DNA of 64,000 nt from Octopus vulgaris (GCA_951406725.2 OX597842.1:13950001-14014000); one strand, 5' to 3'; counted from the stretch's first letter, positions 14,761 to 27,964 are shown. Program-made: numbers and translations. Notes: a model not told the origin generated them from the sequence alone.

Positions 14761-16100
14761 TTAATTAGAATAGTCAACAACCACATAGAAACAGACATCT
14801 TTTATAAACCCACAGATTCTAGACAATACCTATTATTTAACTCCTGCCACCCCAAACAGATACCCTTTAACCTACTGAAAAGAATCTGCACCATAGTTTC
14901 CGATACATACACTCGAGAACATAGACTCCTTGAACTTAGATCTACATTACCCAATTTCATTAGTAAATGAAGGCATCAAAAGAGCTAAGGAAATAGATAT
15001 ACAAATGTTAAGGAAAACTAGACGAAATACTAAACAAGACTTAAAAATACTCCCGTACATTTCCCCATATAACCCTAGAAACGACGAAGCCTTCAACATT
15101 ATCACCCAAAATCTTCCCATCCTCAGAGCAGACAAAACAATGAACGAAATTTTAAGCTCATATAAAATTATAAAAAGCAAAAAGCAACCGAAGTCACTGA
15201 AAGAAATATTAACCAGCGCTAGACTGTATCCACTAATAACAGAGCCAAAAGTGACAAAATGTGGACGTTCTAACTGTGGAACATGCCTCCACCTTCTGGA
15301 GGGTTCAGAATTCCAATTCAAACAAGGAGAAATATTTAAGATCAAATCAAATTTCACCTGCGCCTCAGTAAATGTAATCCATGACATGACATGCATAGGA
15401 TGTGGTAAACTCTATATTGGACAAAGAGGAATTTCGCTCCGTCAAAGAATCACCATTCACAAAGAGCGAATCCGTCACCCACAATACAGACAGTTAAAAG
15501 TGAGTGAACACATAGGAGGTGTGCCAGGAATCTTAATCCCAATTCCCAAATATTTCCCTTTTACCAATGTTCACAGAACACCACAATGCAACAAAGGTTG
15601 AATACACAGGCATTTTTCATCAATAAATTTCTCCCCCAACTAAATATGAACACACAACTCAATACAGAACACCACAAATTATTCAATTGAAACCACTAAC
15701 CCCTATACACCCCCTACACCACTCACATCTCTAAATCCAGAACTACTTACCTCCCTTACAAATAATACAGAACTACTTACCTCTCTTACAAATAATCTTT
15801 TTTCTCAGGAACTATTAGACCTGACACCGTGTATTAGCCGGTGTTTTTCAGGCGATGAATAGCTTTGCGTAAACCATAGTACGCTTTGTTCTCTTACTTT
15901 ATTATCATCTTATAATCATCTCATAATAATGACTTTTATGACTCTTATCACTACCTCAGTCAATCTAAATGTATATATTTGTCGTTACCTGTCATAAATA
16001 TCATTTTTTTTTTATTTGCAATGTGCATTTTCGTTGATTTTTCATATTTTACCCTTACATTTCCACATGTATTTTATATTTTCTTTTTGTAACATATTTC

Positions 16101-16103
<3 letters not shown>
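14758..16103 (+). mobile_element. Penelope-like element (Neptune-type): RT thumb, Cys linker and GIY-YIG endonuclease, 5'-truncated
   Basis: TDIFYKPTDSRQYLLFNSCHP...KCGRSNCGTC...FTCASVNVIHDMTCIGCGKLYIGQ...LRQRITIH; bounded by (TA)n on both sides. Confidence 0.85.
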
Positions 16104-16157
<54 letters not shown>

Positions 16158-16343
16158 TGTATTTTTACCTTGTTAACAATTAACACGGAAAAAATAAATA
16201 GTTACCAGGGTAGCAAAAATCTCACAAGTAAAGAGATTGTAACTCCTTGTTTATAAAGGTAGAAACTTCGTGTTTACGTGCAATTGTTAGTATAATATGA
16301 ATAAATAAATGGAGTTTAACGCAGGTATAAATGAAATATTTTT

Positions 16344-16429
16344 ACTTTCGACACATGTTTCGAAAATTCCACTGATACCATTCAAGAGGATAAACGGTAT
16401 AAACAATGCAATTTTCTCTTCAGGAAAGT
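16344..16429 (-). ncRNA. Type I hammerhead ribozyme motif
   Basis: Reverse complement: acuuuc-CUGAAGA-gaaaauu...aauuuuc-GAAA-ca(ug)ug-UC-gaaagu. Stem I 6 bp, stem II at least 7 bp, short stem III, GUC cleavage triplet. Confidence 0.8.
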
Positions 16430-16759
16430 GAAAAAACGAAACTCGTCAATACGAAATTTTAGCAAAAAATGATGGATTTGTATAGCGATTAACTGAACGC
16501 TATTAATATTATTTAACAAAACATTATATGATATAACGTCAGAGGTAGCTTACAGAAAGAGCAGGGATATTGATAATGAAGGTTAAATATAAAGGAATCT
16601 AAAGTTTAAATTATATATCCTCGAGTTTCATCATGAAGGTTCCAATGATGTCGTGGTGTGTGAGAATGTTAATGTTTTATCATTATAGTTTAAAGTCGAG
16701 AGCATCCTCTAGCATACCTGTCCGCCAGGTATGCTAGAGATAGCTGAAAGTCTTCAGAC

Positions 16760-17660
16760 TAGAAATTCTCATGGAGATCTGCCTTCGGTTGCAAATCTAG
16801 AAGTATTACTACTTCTCGTCGTTCATTAAGCTGTCCAAGCATGTTCCCTTTTTGATCGCCATCGCACATGCGTGTGAAAAAGCGATGCTTCCTTTCAGAA
16901 TCCATATCTTTACACAGCAGTTTAAAAAGACGACTGTTTAGGCTCCACCTTTAACAAAGTTGACAACCTTGATAGCCACGTTCAGGAGTTTTCTAATTTC
17001 AGTAGGGAAGGTTTTGGATAGTAAGGCTTCACGATGAGGTATGCAGTGTGTACTACAACAGATGAAGTTTTTTCCTTCACTCTAGCAATGAATCCAGACT
17101 GCAGACCAAGCATGGCCGGACCTCCATCAGTACACACTTTTACATGGTCGAGAATTTAATCTTTGATGTTTTCAGACAAGACGTCAATCCTTCACTTGAC
17201 TGTATCATTTGATAGTGAAATCGGGGAAAGCTTGTATGCACTATCTTTCCCCTGAACGAGTTCTTCTGCAGGTAGTAGACTTGGTTTTAGGAGAGACTCT
17301 CCAATATCACGGCTCTTCAAGTCTCGACAATTATTGAAGTTTGTTGCCGAAATGCCCCATTACTGTCAAACCTAGCTTGCTTCAAGAAACTTCTTTTTTG
17401 TTTCAGAGAATGTCTTGAGCTTGTCTGCAAGAGCAGGATGTGTTGTCCTCATGTGGCATTCCAAGCGTCAGGGTCGCATTCCATCATTTCTCAAAAATTT
17501 TGTAACATACCACACACTGGGGCACTTCTGTGTCACCCGTTTGGAGGTACACGAATCCAAATCGAAATATATTCGTCAAGATACTTCGATTACTCTGCAC
17601 TCATTGCGAATTATTTCATGTGCAGTGGACAACAGAAATATGTGAACAAAAAGTAAGACA
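16760..17660 (-). mobile_element. hAT (Buster/Charlie, ZBED5/SCAND3-like) transposase pseudogene
   Basis: Reverse complement, with frameshifts: BED finger PQCVVC...LECHMRTTHP; ISLSNDTV; VCTDGGPAMLG..SGFIARVK; HCIPHREAL; VVNFVK; LFHTHVRW. Confidence 0.85.
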
Positions 17661-18298
17661 CGCGTAAGGTTATCTCAAGGACCAAGATGGAACATTTTGA
17701 GTAAAAAGTTCTGAAATTTTTTTTTAATATTTGGAGTAAAAGAACAGATATTCGAAACATTTGTTCAATAAAATGTTGTAGTTTTTGTACGAAAATATAA
17801 AAAAATGTTTCTTGAGAAAAGAAAACATTTTGCATAGGTTTTAGTTTTACATAGTACTTTCTGTAATATTTAAGTTTGATTTTAGTTTAACATTTGGCTT
17901 TATATTATAATTATAATCTTACCAACGTGTTTACTATATCTTTCACATAAGCATTTAATAATAAAAATTTTGGTTTTATTGCCAATATTTTTTTCTAATG
18001 TGTGTTTTAATTGTTTTGAGACTTTATGAAATTGAGAAATAGTAGAATCTATTATTTTTGTTTTATTTCCTATTTTTAAATATATAATACTTTTGATCTT
18101 CCTAATATTTTAAAATAGTTTTCAATTTTTTAAATTAAGTCAATATTTCTTAGTATGTTACTATAATGATTTGATAATGTTTCAGCATGTCTCTTGATTT
18201 TTAAGAATCATATTATTTCATATATATGAAAACTGTGGATCAAACTTCTTTATAATCTATTAACTGGAAAAGATGTTAAAAGTATCTATGTCTTGTAG

Positions 18299-18667
18299 CG
18301 GCGGTTCTTAACCTGAGTCGTGTAGTAACAAAACAAAAATAAAAGGCAAATGTTAAAATGTTAAAATATAGGCAAATGTTAAAGCTACAATTCAGAAATA
18401 AGTGAGAGTTTTGAGGGATATGAAGAGGGGTCAACAATTACAGAAATGGTGAGTGGCACTAAGATAGTAGAATAAGAAAACTAAGTGTATTAGGCGATAA
18501 TTTCTCATTTTTTCCATAAACTTGTCATTATTTGACCATGATCTCGTTAAGAAAATAACACATATAATTAGAGTAAATCCCACTTTTTCGCAAGCGGTCG
18601 CGCTCCCTTCAGAGTTACTGACGCACCCCCTGCCCCAGGGGTCGCGCTCCTAGGTTAAGAACCACTG
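18299..18667. mobile_element. hAT terminal region or MITE with inverted termini
   Basis: cggcggttcttaacctg at 18299 and taggttaagaaccactg ending at 18667 form imperfect TIRs. No matching 8-bp TSD seen. Confidence 0.5.
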
Positions 18668-18809
18668 ATCCCGAGGTAAACAACGTACATGATATAGACA
18701 CTGAATTACACACTAATTTTTATACACTCCCATTCACTCATCCATACACTGAGACAGGTATTATATATAAACATAGGTATGCATTAACTATGCCTCCTCA
18801 AGTGTCACA

Positions 18810-18845
<36 letters not shown>

Positions 18846-19483
18846 ACCTGTCAGAAATGCTACCACACTCACAGTCACAATCATTCGCATATATCTCCTA
18901 TCTTAAAAGTGGACCCAGACTCACATTCACAAACATCCAAAACCAATAAAATGCATGTATAGAGAGACGGATGTAGACCTTAAATTGAAGTATGGAAAGA
19001 CATTACGGATTTAGGAAGATATCTTCAGTGAAATAGTATAAAAGAAGATTGATTCAACTTACAGAGTTTCTAAACTGGAGAGATTTTGGAAAGATGTCTT
19101 TCCATACTTCAATTTAAGGTCTACATCCGTCTCTCTATACATGCATTTTATTGTTTTTGGATGTTTATGAATGTGAGTCTGGGTCCACTTTTAAGATAGG
19201 AGATATATGCTAATGATTGTTACAGTGAGTGTGGTAGCATTTCTGACAGTTGGTATATATATATATCAGTGTGACACTTGAGGAGGCATAGTTAATGCAT
19301 ACCTGTGTTTATATATAAATACCTGTCTCGGTGTATGGATGAGTGAATGGGAGTGTATACAAATTAGTGTGTAATTCAGTGTCTATATCATGTACGTTAT
19401 TTACCTCGGGATCAGTGCTTCTTCACCTAGGAGCGCGTCACCTTTGGCAGGGGGTGAGTCAGTAACTCTGAAGGGAGCGCGAT
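18598..19483. repeat. Large inverted repeat (arms 18598-19003 and 19094-19483)
   Basis: Arms are highly similar reverse complements of LRR cassette intron; the 90-bp spacer holds the half exon. Confidence 0.9.
19063..19091 (-). pseudogene. 3' half of an LRR exon (FQNLSSLETL) truncated by an inversion breakpoint
   Basis: Near-identical to the 3' half of exon 2866-2937, including the gtaagttgaatc donor and downstream intron. The 5' half and acceptor are replaced by inverted intron sequence from 19094. Confidence 0.8.
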
Positions 19484-20045
19484 ACCTCTCAGACAGCTGG
19501 AAACGTCTGAGCAAGTTTGTGAGGCATTTGTTTCCATTTCTATCATTTGACCCCTCACAATCCATTCGTGCATCTTAGGATTCTGTGAAATCGCCTACTA
19601 ATACTAAACTACGCAACATTCCCAAAGAAGCTTCCGGACGCCTGAAATAATCTGACTGTCCAACATTTGTTGGTGCATAGATAGCGACCAGTCTGAAAGC
19701 ATCACCATCAGTACCATTCACATCAAGGACGACGAGATTGCCGTCTGGGTCCGCAAAGACTACACTGATCTCTAGATCTAGACCTTTCTGGAACCAAATT
19801 GCAATTTCATCGCCTTGTCTCGGGTGGCACTGAAACGTTACATCTCATATCCTCCATAGAGGGGCGAGAAAAAACTTGTGGTCCGGTCAGTTTGGCTTCA
19901 CTAATGACTACACCGTCTAAATCCAGTGAAGTGAGGTCGTTTAGAAAGCGTCCTTACTTGAAAACTGATCCCTGTCCACGCACGTTTAAACTGCCTTGCT
20001 TGAACAACAATGATGAGAGAAACAAAATGATGCACAACTTAATCT
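19484..20045 (-). mobile_element. Tx1/L1-like ORF2 endonuclease fragment (inverted)
   Basis: Reverse complement SLNVRG...DLDGVVISEAKL...YAPT...VGDF; 19787-20041 mirrors 20646-20908. Confidence 0.75.
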
Positions 20046-20159
20046 TAAGCAGAAGAAGAAGAATAAGAAGAAGAGGGAGATATTTGTATGGCGGGTGGAG
20101 AAGGAGGAGGAGAAGAAGAAGAAGAAGAAAAAAAGAAGGGAAAGAGGGAGAAGAGGAGA

Positions 20160-20908
20160 AACAAGTAGGAGATACTTCCAGAGAAGGAAACAAACACTAG
20201 TTGAGCGAAGTCCCTAAATGGAAAAACTGCCCTAAAGACACCATCCAAGCACCTCCTCACGACACATACACACAACTATCTTCTATAACACCAACATTAC
20301 CAACACCACCAATACCGCTGCCAGCACCACCCGCCATACAAATATCCCCTTCGAAATCACCTTCGTAAATTTCCCTGCAATCCACATATTGAAGCCCTAA
20401 TGAAATACATACAAAAAACTACCAACATCACACCAAAAGATCACAGCACCTAACGCTTCACCTCAAATATAAATACTCAGCATAGCTAACAACGCCTTAA
20501 TTTCTTGAAAAGAAATCTACCCCTTGGCGCTGGGAAATTTCCAAAGAACAATAACCAAAGTTTTATACAAAACCTGATCGTGGAAACTCCTACAACCACC
20601 GAGAAGGGTGAGAGAAAACATTCACCCTCGCAGCAGCCCAAAAACTAAGTTGTGCATCATTTTGTTTTCCCATTTCTCTCATCATTGTTTTGCTCAAGCA
20701 AGGCAGTTTAAACGTGCGTGGACAGGGATCATGTTTCAAGTAAGGACGCTTTCTAAACAACCTCGGGTCACTGGATTTGGACGGTGTAGTCATTAGTGAA
20801 GCCAAACTGACCGGACCACAAGTTTTCTCGCAGCTCTTTGGAGGATACGAGATCTAACGATTCAGTGGCACCCGAGACAAGGCGGGGGAACTGCAAGTTG
20901 GTTCCAGA
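20160..20908 (+). mobile_element. Tx1-like LINE: ORF1 end and start of ORF2 endonuclease
   Basis: SLNVRG...LDLDGVVISEAKLTGPQVF; the upstream part is homologous to about 24950-25380. Confidence 0.65.
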
Positions 20909-21149
20909 TTTTTCTTGTGTGTCCAAACATGTATAATTTATGTTAAATATTTAAATCTACAAAAGGGAACCTGCTTTAAGGGGGTGGGTTCCATGAATAT
21001 ACATATCGCCCTTTGGGGAATAATTTCTATCCTCTTTTGTGTACTGTGAGTTTGATTTATAGCACTAATTTTTTTTATTCTTCTAAACGTTGCCTCTCGC
21101 CCTGGAAAAGGAAACACCCCATCCCCCCCAAAGTAAAATTAGGAAAAAT

Positions 21150-23420
21150 ATTTCTTCCACTTCTGCAATGCGAACAAGAGGTAACATGTAAAAAGTATCG
21201 GCAAATGAAATCACGACGGAGAATATTTCGAACGTCACTACAGTCAGTAAATCACTTGATACTAGCGAGATAAAGAAACAAATTCGACAGTCACGGTTTC
21301 TCTTCCGTACCAAAACTCTACCAAGAAACGCTCAACATAAATATGGATGATTTTTAAAATATCAAATATCCAATCAAAAGAAAAGGAACAAATTTCACAT
21401 TGACCCCCGCCCTCGGTTATATCACACAACCCACTTCATGTAGAGCTGTCACCTACAAAAAGCTAATTTCAAATGACGAAGTCCACAGGGACTCTAAAGA
21501 CAGTAGTTCTCCTGCCGACCAACTTCGGTCGGCGAGTTCCAACGATAAAAATTGAGGAGGTTCCTCCAGAATTTCACATCTTTTGGGAAATAGCATCCGC
21601 GTTACTCGACATCAAAGAAGATAAAAAAGATAAATAAACGAAATACACCAACAGAATTGGTGGGCAGCAGGAAGTGAAGATTTTGATATATATGGCCAAA
21701 ACGCAGCATGGACTTCACGGAATTCCTTGCTGGCCTTCCACGACTCTTGGCGATAAAAGCCACAGAAGTATGGGATAACTTTGCTGGCTGCACGGTGTGC
21801 AAGTCGTCGGTTGTGGATAGTATTTCGTATGAAAGTTATTATAGTATGCATGCCAGACCTGTTTGAATGCATTTTGGCAGATATCTAGGGCAACTGGTAC
21901 CGGAATAGGAAAATTCCTAACGCTGTGAGCCTAGGTTTGTGGTACTGCTAAAAAAAGACCCAAACAAGGAGGTTGTAATTAATAACTTTAGACCCGTCAC
22001 TCTGCTAAATGCAGATTTAAAGATGTTCACTCTTCTCTCTACTTTATGTATTGAGTCTGGAACCATTACTGCAGAAACTGGAGGCCTTGAGGAGCATGTC
22101 GTATGAACTAGGGTGCAGGAGATCTGTCTCGTCATATGCGGATGATGTCACCATCATAGTTTTGAATGACAACCACTTGCACTTTTTTGTTTATGTCGGA
22201 AAAGAATAGGTGGTGATAGGAACAGAAGTAAACCCAGAATTGTCGGTCGGCCTGCAAACTTGGCACCTGGAGAGGCAGATTGATGACGTCTAGCTACGTC
22301 GTCTGACGATTGACGAACGGCTCAGTGAAATTGCTCGGCGTCTGATTCGGTCCGAACGTCCAGGTAGAGAAGAACTGGGACGATGTAGCGGACAGGGTAG
22401 CCAATAACACCCAGAAATGGACTGAAAAAAAGATCTCCCTGAAAGGACGGGCAGAAGTGTCGAATATATACATCGCATCCGTCATCTTCTACCTCCTGGC
22501 CGTCGTTCCGTGCCTTAATTCGTGCCTGAACAAACTGGAACAGTTACTTTTGCGCTTACTGTGGAAGGAACCCGGCCCGCTGGCCAGGCGCTCTATCTAC
22601 TGCCAACAGTCACTGAATGGAGGGCTGGGAATGCCGTGGCTAAAGATGCGCAGACATGTGCTGAGGCTGCGACATCTCCAGCTTTACCTTGAAGATGAGT
22701 AGATGTAGTCACCCTTTCTCAGACTCGCTTTCCCACAGGTCGTCTCTTTCGACGAGCAGAACCCATGGATCAGTGGAGGCTCCACCTTGGCTTTCTATGG
22801 ACATTTAGTAGCTAATATGTGCGATGTTATTCTCAGGGAGACTGCGTCGACGATAATAACTCGTTAGTCTGTTCTGGAGGATTTTCGGACCAGGCTCCAT
22901 GGATAACAACCATAAATTCCTGGCCTGACGGTGCTACCGGAGGGCACTACTAGTTGATATAAACTACACAGGTACAAAAGTCGGACCAGCCCCTGATGCG
23001 AACCAAGTGTTGAGACTTTTCTACACGCGCTCGTCCAGTGCCTAAAATTATCTGAATTCTGGTTCATGTTGAATACCGTTTTCCTTTAACCGGGAAAGGC
23101 GGGCAGTTTTTCTCTGTCTAGTGGATATCGCACTGGAAGGATGGGTAAACATTGCATGAATAAATGGGTCTGACTCGAGCATAAATATCTAGGCATTTTG
23201 TCCTAATTTTGAGGTTGTTTCGTGGCTTGTGGGGTTTCCACGACCAACTCAGGAAACCTCCACCTTTTGGGGAATTACTGTTGCTGAATATTTCTACATA
23301 ATTTTTTTTTTATCTTTTACTATTGTTAATTTTTTTGTACACGACTTTCATGTATGTCCCCACCCGTATGTCCTGTACTGTTCCTCTATGTTGAGCTCTC
23401 AATGGCTAAGAACAAACGAA
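21150..23420 (+). mobile_element. Degenerate, internally deleted Tx1/L1-like LINE (ORF1 remnant, RT, 3' region)
   Basis: LLKKDPNK...NFRPVTLLNADLK; SYADDVT; KLLGV; ISLKGRAEVSNIYIASVIFY; GGLGMP. Confidence 0.8.
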
Positions 23421-23539
23421 TTTCTTGCAGAACGGACTTGCTAATTTACGGTCGTGAGGTTTTAATTTTCACTCTCACAAACTTTGTGAATATTTTGGAC
23501 CTTTTAAGTCTTTAAAGCTGAACCTACTTGACAGGGGAA

Positions 23540-25400
23540 GTTTCTTTGACCGTATAAATTCGCCGTTTTGGGGGCGAACCTCAATCTGGATTTCAATCGT
23601 GTATTGATTTAACTTTAAAACACAAACATGGCCCCCGGCTACGCAGAAAGCAACGACCTCCACCCACCAATTTTGGCAGTACGAAAGAATGTTTCCCACT
23701 CTTCCTTGTCACAAACAAGAAGAAATTAAAATTTTGCAAATGAAAACACGAGCAACACCACATAGACAAGTTTCCAATGCCACCGCTACCACAACCAGTA
23801 ACAGAATTGAACCCAGCGAAGAAAATAAGCAAAATAAATGCAACAGTCGCAGTTTCGCCGCTGTCGTGAAAGTCAATCAAGAGACAATATAAGCGTTGGC
23901 AATTTACAGAAATATAAATGATCAATACAAAGAAACGGTAGAAATGTCTTATTACCCCCCCCCCTTTGATATTATACAAAAACAGTTCGCAAACCTTAGT
24001 CCTACAAGACTCTAACGATGAAAATAAATGAACAGGCTACAAAGGAAAAAGTTGGAAAATGTTTGCAACCAGTCTAGAACAAGATCGCATACATGGCAAG
24101 GGGAAGAACATATGGCCCTGTCGAAGTGAGGTCCACCACGGAAGACGAAGCAAGGTAATACCCCACAGTACCTCTAAAGACAGAGGAACAAGTGCTCTTA
24201 CCGACTTACCTTGGTCGGTGATTTTACAAAATAAAAATTGGTTAATTACCCCCAGAATTCGACATTTTTGGTTAGTGGCGTCCGTCCTAATTGACAATGA
24301 AGTTAAAGTTGAGATTCTTCAAATACACAAGTTACACTATCATAATTGGTGGGGTCAAGGATCTTAGCTGTTAATTCAAGCGGACTATCAAACGCTCGGA
24401 ATAATACCAGATCTCATCCACTTACCGGAAGGCGCAAAGCTGGATTTATCGGCGGAGGGTCGTAAACCAATTTGCTATCTCTGCGGCAGAGGGACCACCC
24501 CAGAACCTTTTTCCCGGAGGGATCAGATGGGAAACTTATCCTTCCACCAAAAGCATTATCACAGCAACACCAACAGTAGCAGAGGTAAACTACAGTAGAA
24601 GCAACACCACCTCCACCTCCACCCAAAACAACAACGTCAACACAATGTATAGAAAATACAACAAAAATAATAGAAGAGAAAACAACAACGAAAAACAAAC
24701 CAGAAAGAGCAACAGTAACCGCAACAGCAACATCACCAATGGGAAGAATAGCAAACACAGCAAAAGCAACAGGACTGGCTGTGGAAAACACAGCAGAAAC
24801 CACAACAACGGAACAAAAGAAAAATCAACAACAAAAAAATCTCAAAAATAAACCCTAAAAGGAACACCAAGAGAGACCGACCCAAGAGAGTTATCCCTTC
24901 TCGAGTTTGATTTGGAAATATGCAAAAACATAAAAACGGACAGAGTGGAAAGAAGTTCCACAAAGAAAGAAGACGGAAGATGGACACTACCACAGCACCT
25001 CTTCACAACAGAGACACTATCACACAACCTCTACCCATAACACCCACATTACCAACTCCACCAATACCACTCCCAGCATCACACACAGAACAGAAACCAA
25101 CATTAGAAAGCATAATGAACCTTACTGAAATAAACACAAAAAATACACATACAATAACACAGCGACGACATTACCGCAAGAAATGTTCTTTGTGCACCAC
25201 CCAAAGGACCACTACACATAAAGATCCTCAGCGTTTCAAATAACACGTTCATTGACATACAAGAAAGGTATCCCAATGCGGTGGGCAAATTTCAGAAAAC
25301 TATAAGTAAAACTCTTCACATAAATCTGACCGTGAAAGAAGCCACAACCAGCCTGAGGAGTGAGAAAACCACTCACCCTCCCTTCAGCCAAAACAGTAAG
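23540..25400 (+). mobile_element. Tx1-like LINE ORF1 (gag-like, zinc knuckle) remnant
   Basis: NWWG motif shared with the ORF1-like fragments near 21650 and 26660; EGRKPICYLCG..H knuckle near 24460-24515; T/E/K-rich tail. Confidence 0.6.
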
Positions 25401-25469
25401 TAGTTTTCGTTTTTGGGCGGGGTATAAATGTTGCAAGAAGACCTCGAATGAATGGTTCTGACTTGAACA

Positions 25470-25530
25470 TAATTGCTGACAGTAGAATTGAGCATTGATT
25501 GTTGCATTAGGTGGTAACAATTCAAAGTCA
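25470..25530 (-). mobile_element. mariner transposase scrap
   Basis: FELLPPNATINAQFYCQQL resembles the conserved mariner ELL...TIN...YCQQL motif. Confidence 0.6.
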
Positions 25531-26145
25531 ATTACTCCCTATACGTGGGCAGCAGCGCCACCTTGTCCGACTACAGAATAGTGGTAGAATGTGAGGCCAC
25601 TTCTTCTTTGGTGTGCAAAAATCACTTCCACCCTGCTGTACTTCTTTCCTCTCATCACAAATGTCGCTTGTTTTCATAATGGCTGCCAAACCTTCTTCAA
25701 TATCGTCTTCCGTTAATATTGCTATTTTGTTGGTTGCAACCGCTTGTGTGCGGTGCACCACCGTTCTATTACTCTTCTCGTTCACTCTTTCTTCCGGAGG
25801 GACCAGCTTGATTGTGTCTTCTCTCTCTCTGCACAAACGTTTTGCTACTTATAGTATTGTCCATCTTTATTTTCATCTGCTTTGCTTCCAGCGACGCAGC
25901 TGCTTCCACTGAAGTGGTTTTCGCATAGTTTTCCATGATGAAAAGCTAATATTTTCACACCCAAAATAGAGAGAAAATAGCAAAAAACAACAACTCCAAA
26001 CAAAATCACGCACGATCGCTTCAACAACAAATTTTAACAGTAAAAATAACAATATACTCAACAGTCTCAAAAAAGACAACCTTTCTCAATCACACCGTGG
26101 TCACAATTGACTAACTCGAGCAACTTTCATCACCAACTGACCTCA
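25531..26145 (-). mobile_element. LINE 5'UTR + ORF1 start (Tx1-like), copy 1
   Basis: Paralogous to 26800-27415 (TIKLVPPEERV..KSNRTVVHRTQAV). Confidence 0.55.
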
Positions 26146-26589
26146 TTTTTTATTACCCATACAGGCTACATAAAAGTGCCTTACAATACAAAAAGACAAT
26201 ACAAAACAAACACGGGGAACTAAAAATTACAAAAACGAAATTGAGTAAAGAAGAAAAAGAAAAGAAACGAATGAAATTATGAAAGAATGATAAAAATGGA
26301 GCGCAATGACCACTCGAACTTGAAGTCGAGTGATTACATTTATACATGATTTTTTTTACTGTTTTTCCAAATTTTTTGACCAAAAATTTCACATCCCCGT
26401 CATCTCTTTTTTTCTATACTATTTATATCGCCATTCTTGTTAGTTCTTAATACTCCCTGCAGATGGCGGAGCATCACGCAACTGTATCCTGTCCACCATA
26501 CTTACCGATCCACCGAATGTATCCACAAATCTATCAAACCTTTCGTCTTGCACCACAGTTCCTCTATCATCTCCGTCAAACTCCTCTCT

Positions 26590-27415
26590 GGGTAGCTTCG
26601 CCCTCATGGGATTAGCTCTATATCTTCAATTGTGGCACAAAACTACATCCTGACCCCGAATCCCCACCAGTTTAACATTTTTCTGTCTCCTATCAGTCCC
26701 AGTTCCGGATTGACTTCAGTGGCAGCCAGAATAGTTTCCACCAACCACTCTGTTTTGATTTCGGGTGGCACTCACTCTACTCTGACTCGAACACTGCGCC
26801 TTCCCCTATACGCGGGTAACAGTGCTACATTGCTCGACCTAAAAATGGTGGTGGAATGTGAGGCCGCCTCTTCTTTGGTAGCAAACCTCGTCTCCTTGGT
26901 GCCGTATCTTCTTCCTCTGCTAATAAAAGTAGCCTTGTTCGTTATGTTTCCTAGTCACTCCTCAATATCTTCCTCTGACAATTTTTCTATCTTGCTGGTG
27001 ACGACCGCTTCTGTGCGATACTCTACCGTCCTGTCACTCTTATCTTTCACTGTCTCCTGCGGAGGGCCCAGCTTGATAGTGTATCCTTCCTTCTGCACAA
27101 GTTGTTCACTTTTTAAAATTTGTTCCATGTCACCTTTTATTTGCCTTGCTTCTAACAGAATAGCTCTTTTCGCCGCAGCCGTCTTTGCATAGCTTTCTAT
27201 GCTGGAAAAGCTAAGTTATGTTTTCTCACCCACAATGGAGAGAAAAAGAGCAAAAAACAATAATAGTAGCAAATACCAAATACGCGTAGGTCGCTTCAAT
27301 AATAATAAATCCAACACTAATATCAACAGGAAGTCTTGAAAACACAAAACTTCCTCTATCGTACTGTGGTCAAAGATGACTAATTCAAACAACTCTCATC
27401 CGCCGGCTGACCTCT
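26590..27415 (-). mobile_element. LINE 5'UTR + ORF1 start (Tx1-like), copy 2
   Basis: Reverse complement ...SRGRRYGTKETRF...LLPAYRGRRSVRVRVECVPPEIKTEWLV...NWWG, homologous to about 23900-24360. Confidence 0.55.
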
Positions 27416-27964
27416 GCCACGCGTTCCATCACTCATTTGAATTGTCCGCCTCTCAGTAAAAGCGTACAAAAGAACGTTTAACATGCTTTAAATCAGCCGC
27501 ACGATCCACGAACATTATTTCTCATTAGATTGACTTATAGATCCGTCGCTGGTTTTCTACAGTAGAACTAGAGAACAGTATTTCGATTAGTACCATTTAG
27601 AATTATATTTATCAGAATATTTTTCCATTTTATACTCTCCTTCATAACAACAATACTTGCAACACGTTATGCTAACAGTTTTCCTTCTCGCCGTTCCCTG
27701 AATATTGCCATAATGAGTTTTGATGTAATAAACTAGCATCATCAAAGTTCAGATATTGTAAATTATAGATTCCATTTCAGTCAGCATGTACAATGGACCA
27801 GTCTATCTGACTTCACAGCAGTTAACATATTTTCCCTTTTTACTCCAACATAAGATCCCGTTTTAAAGCTGAGATCAAAAACATAATGTATTAGTTAAGA
27901 ACATAACCAACGGGAATTTAAAGCATTGAATGTGGAAACTATATAGAAATGGTCTAATACTTAC

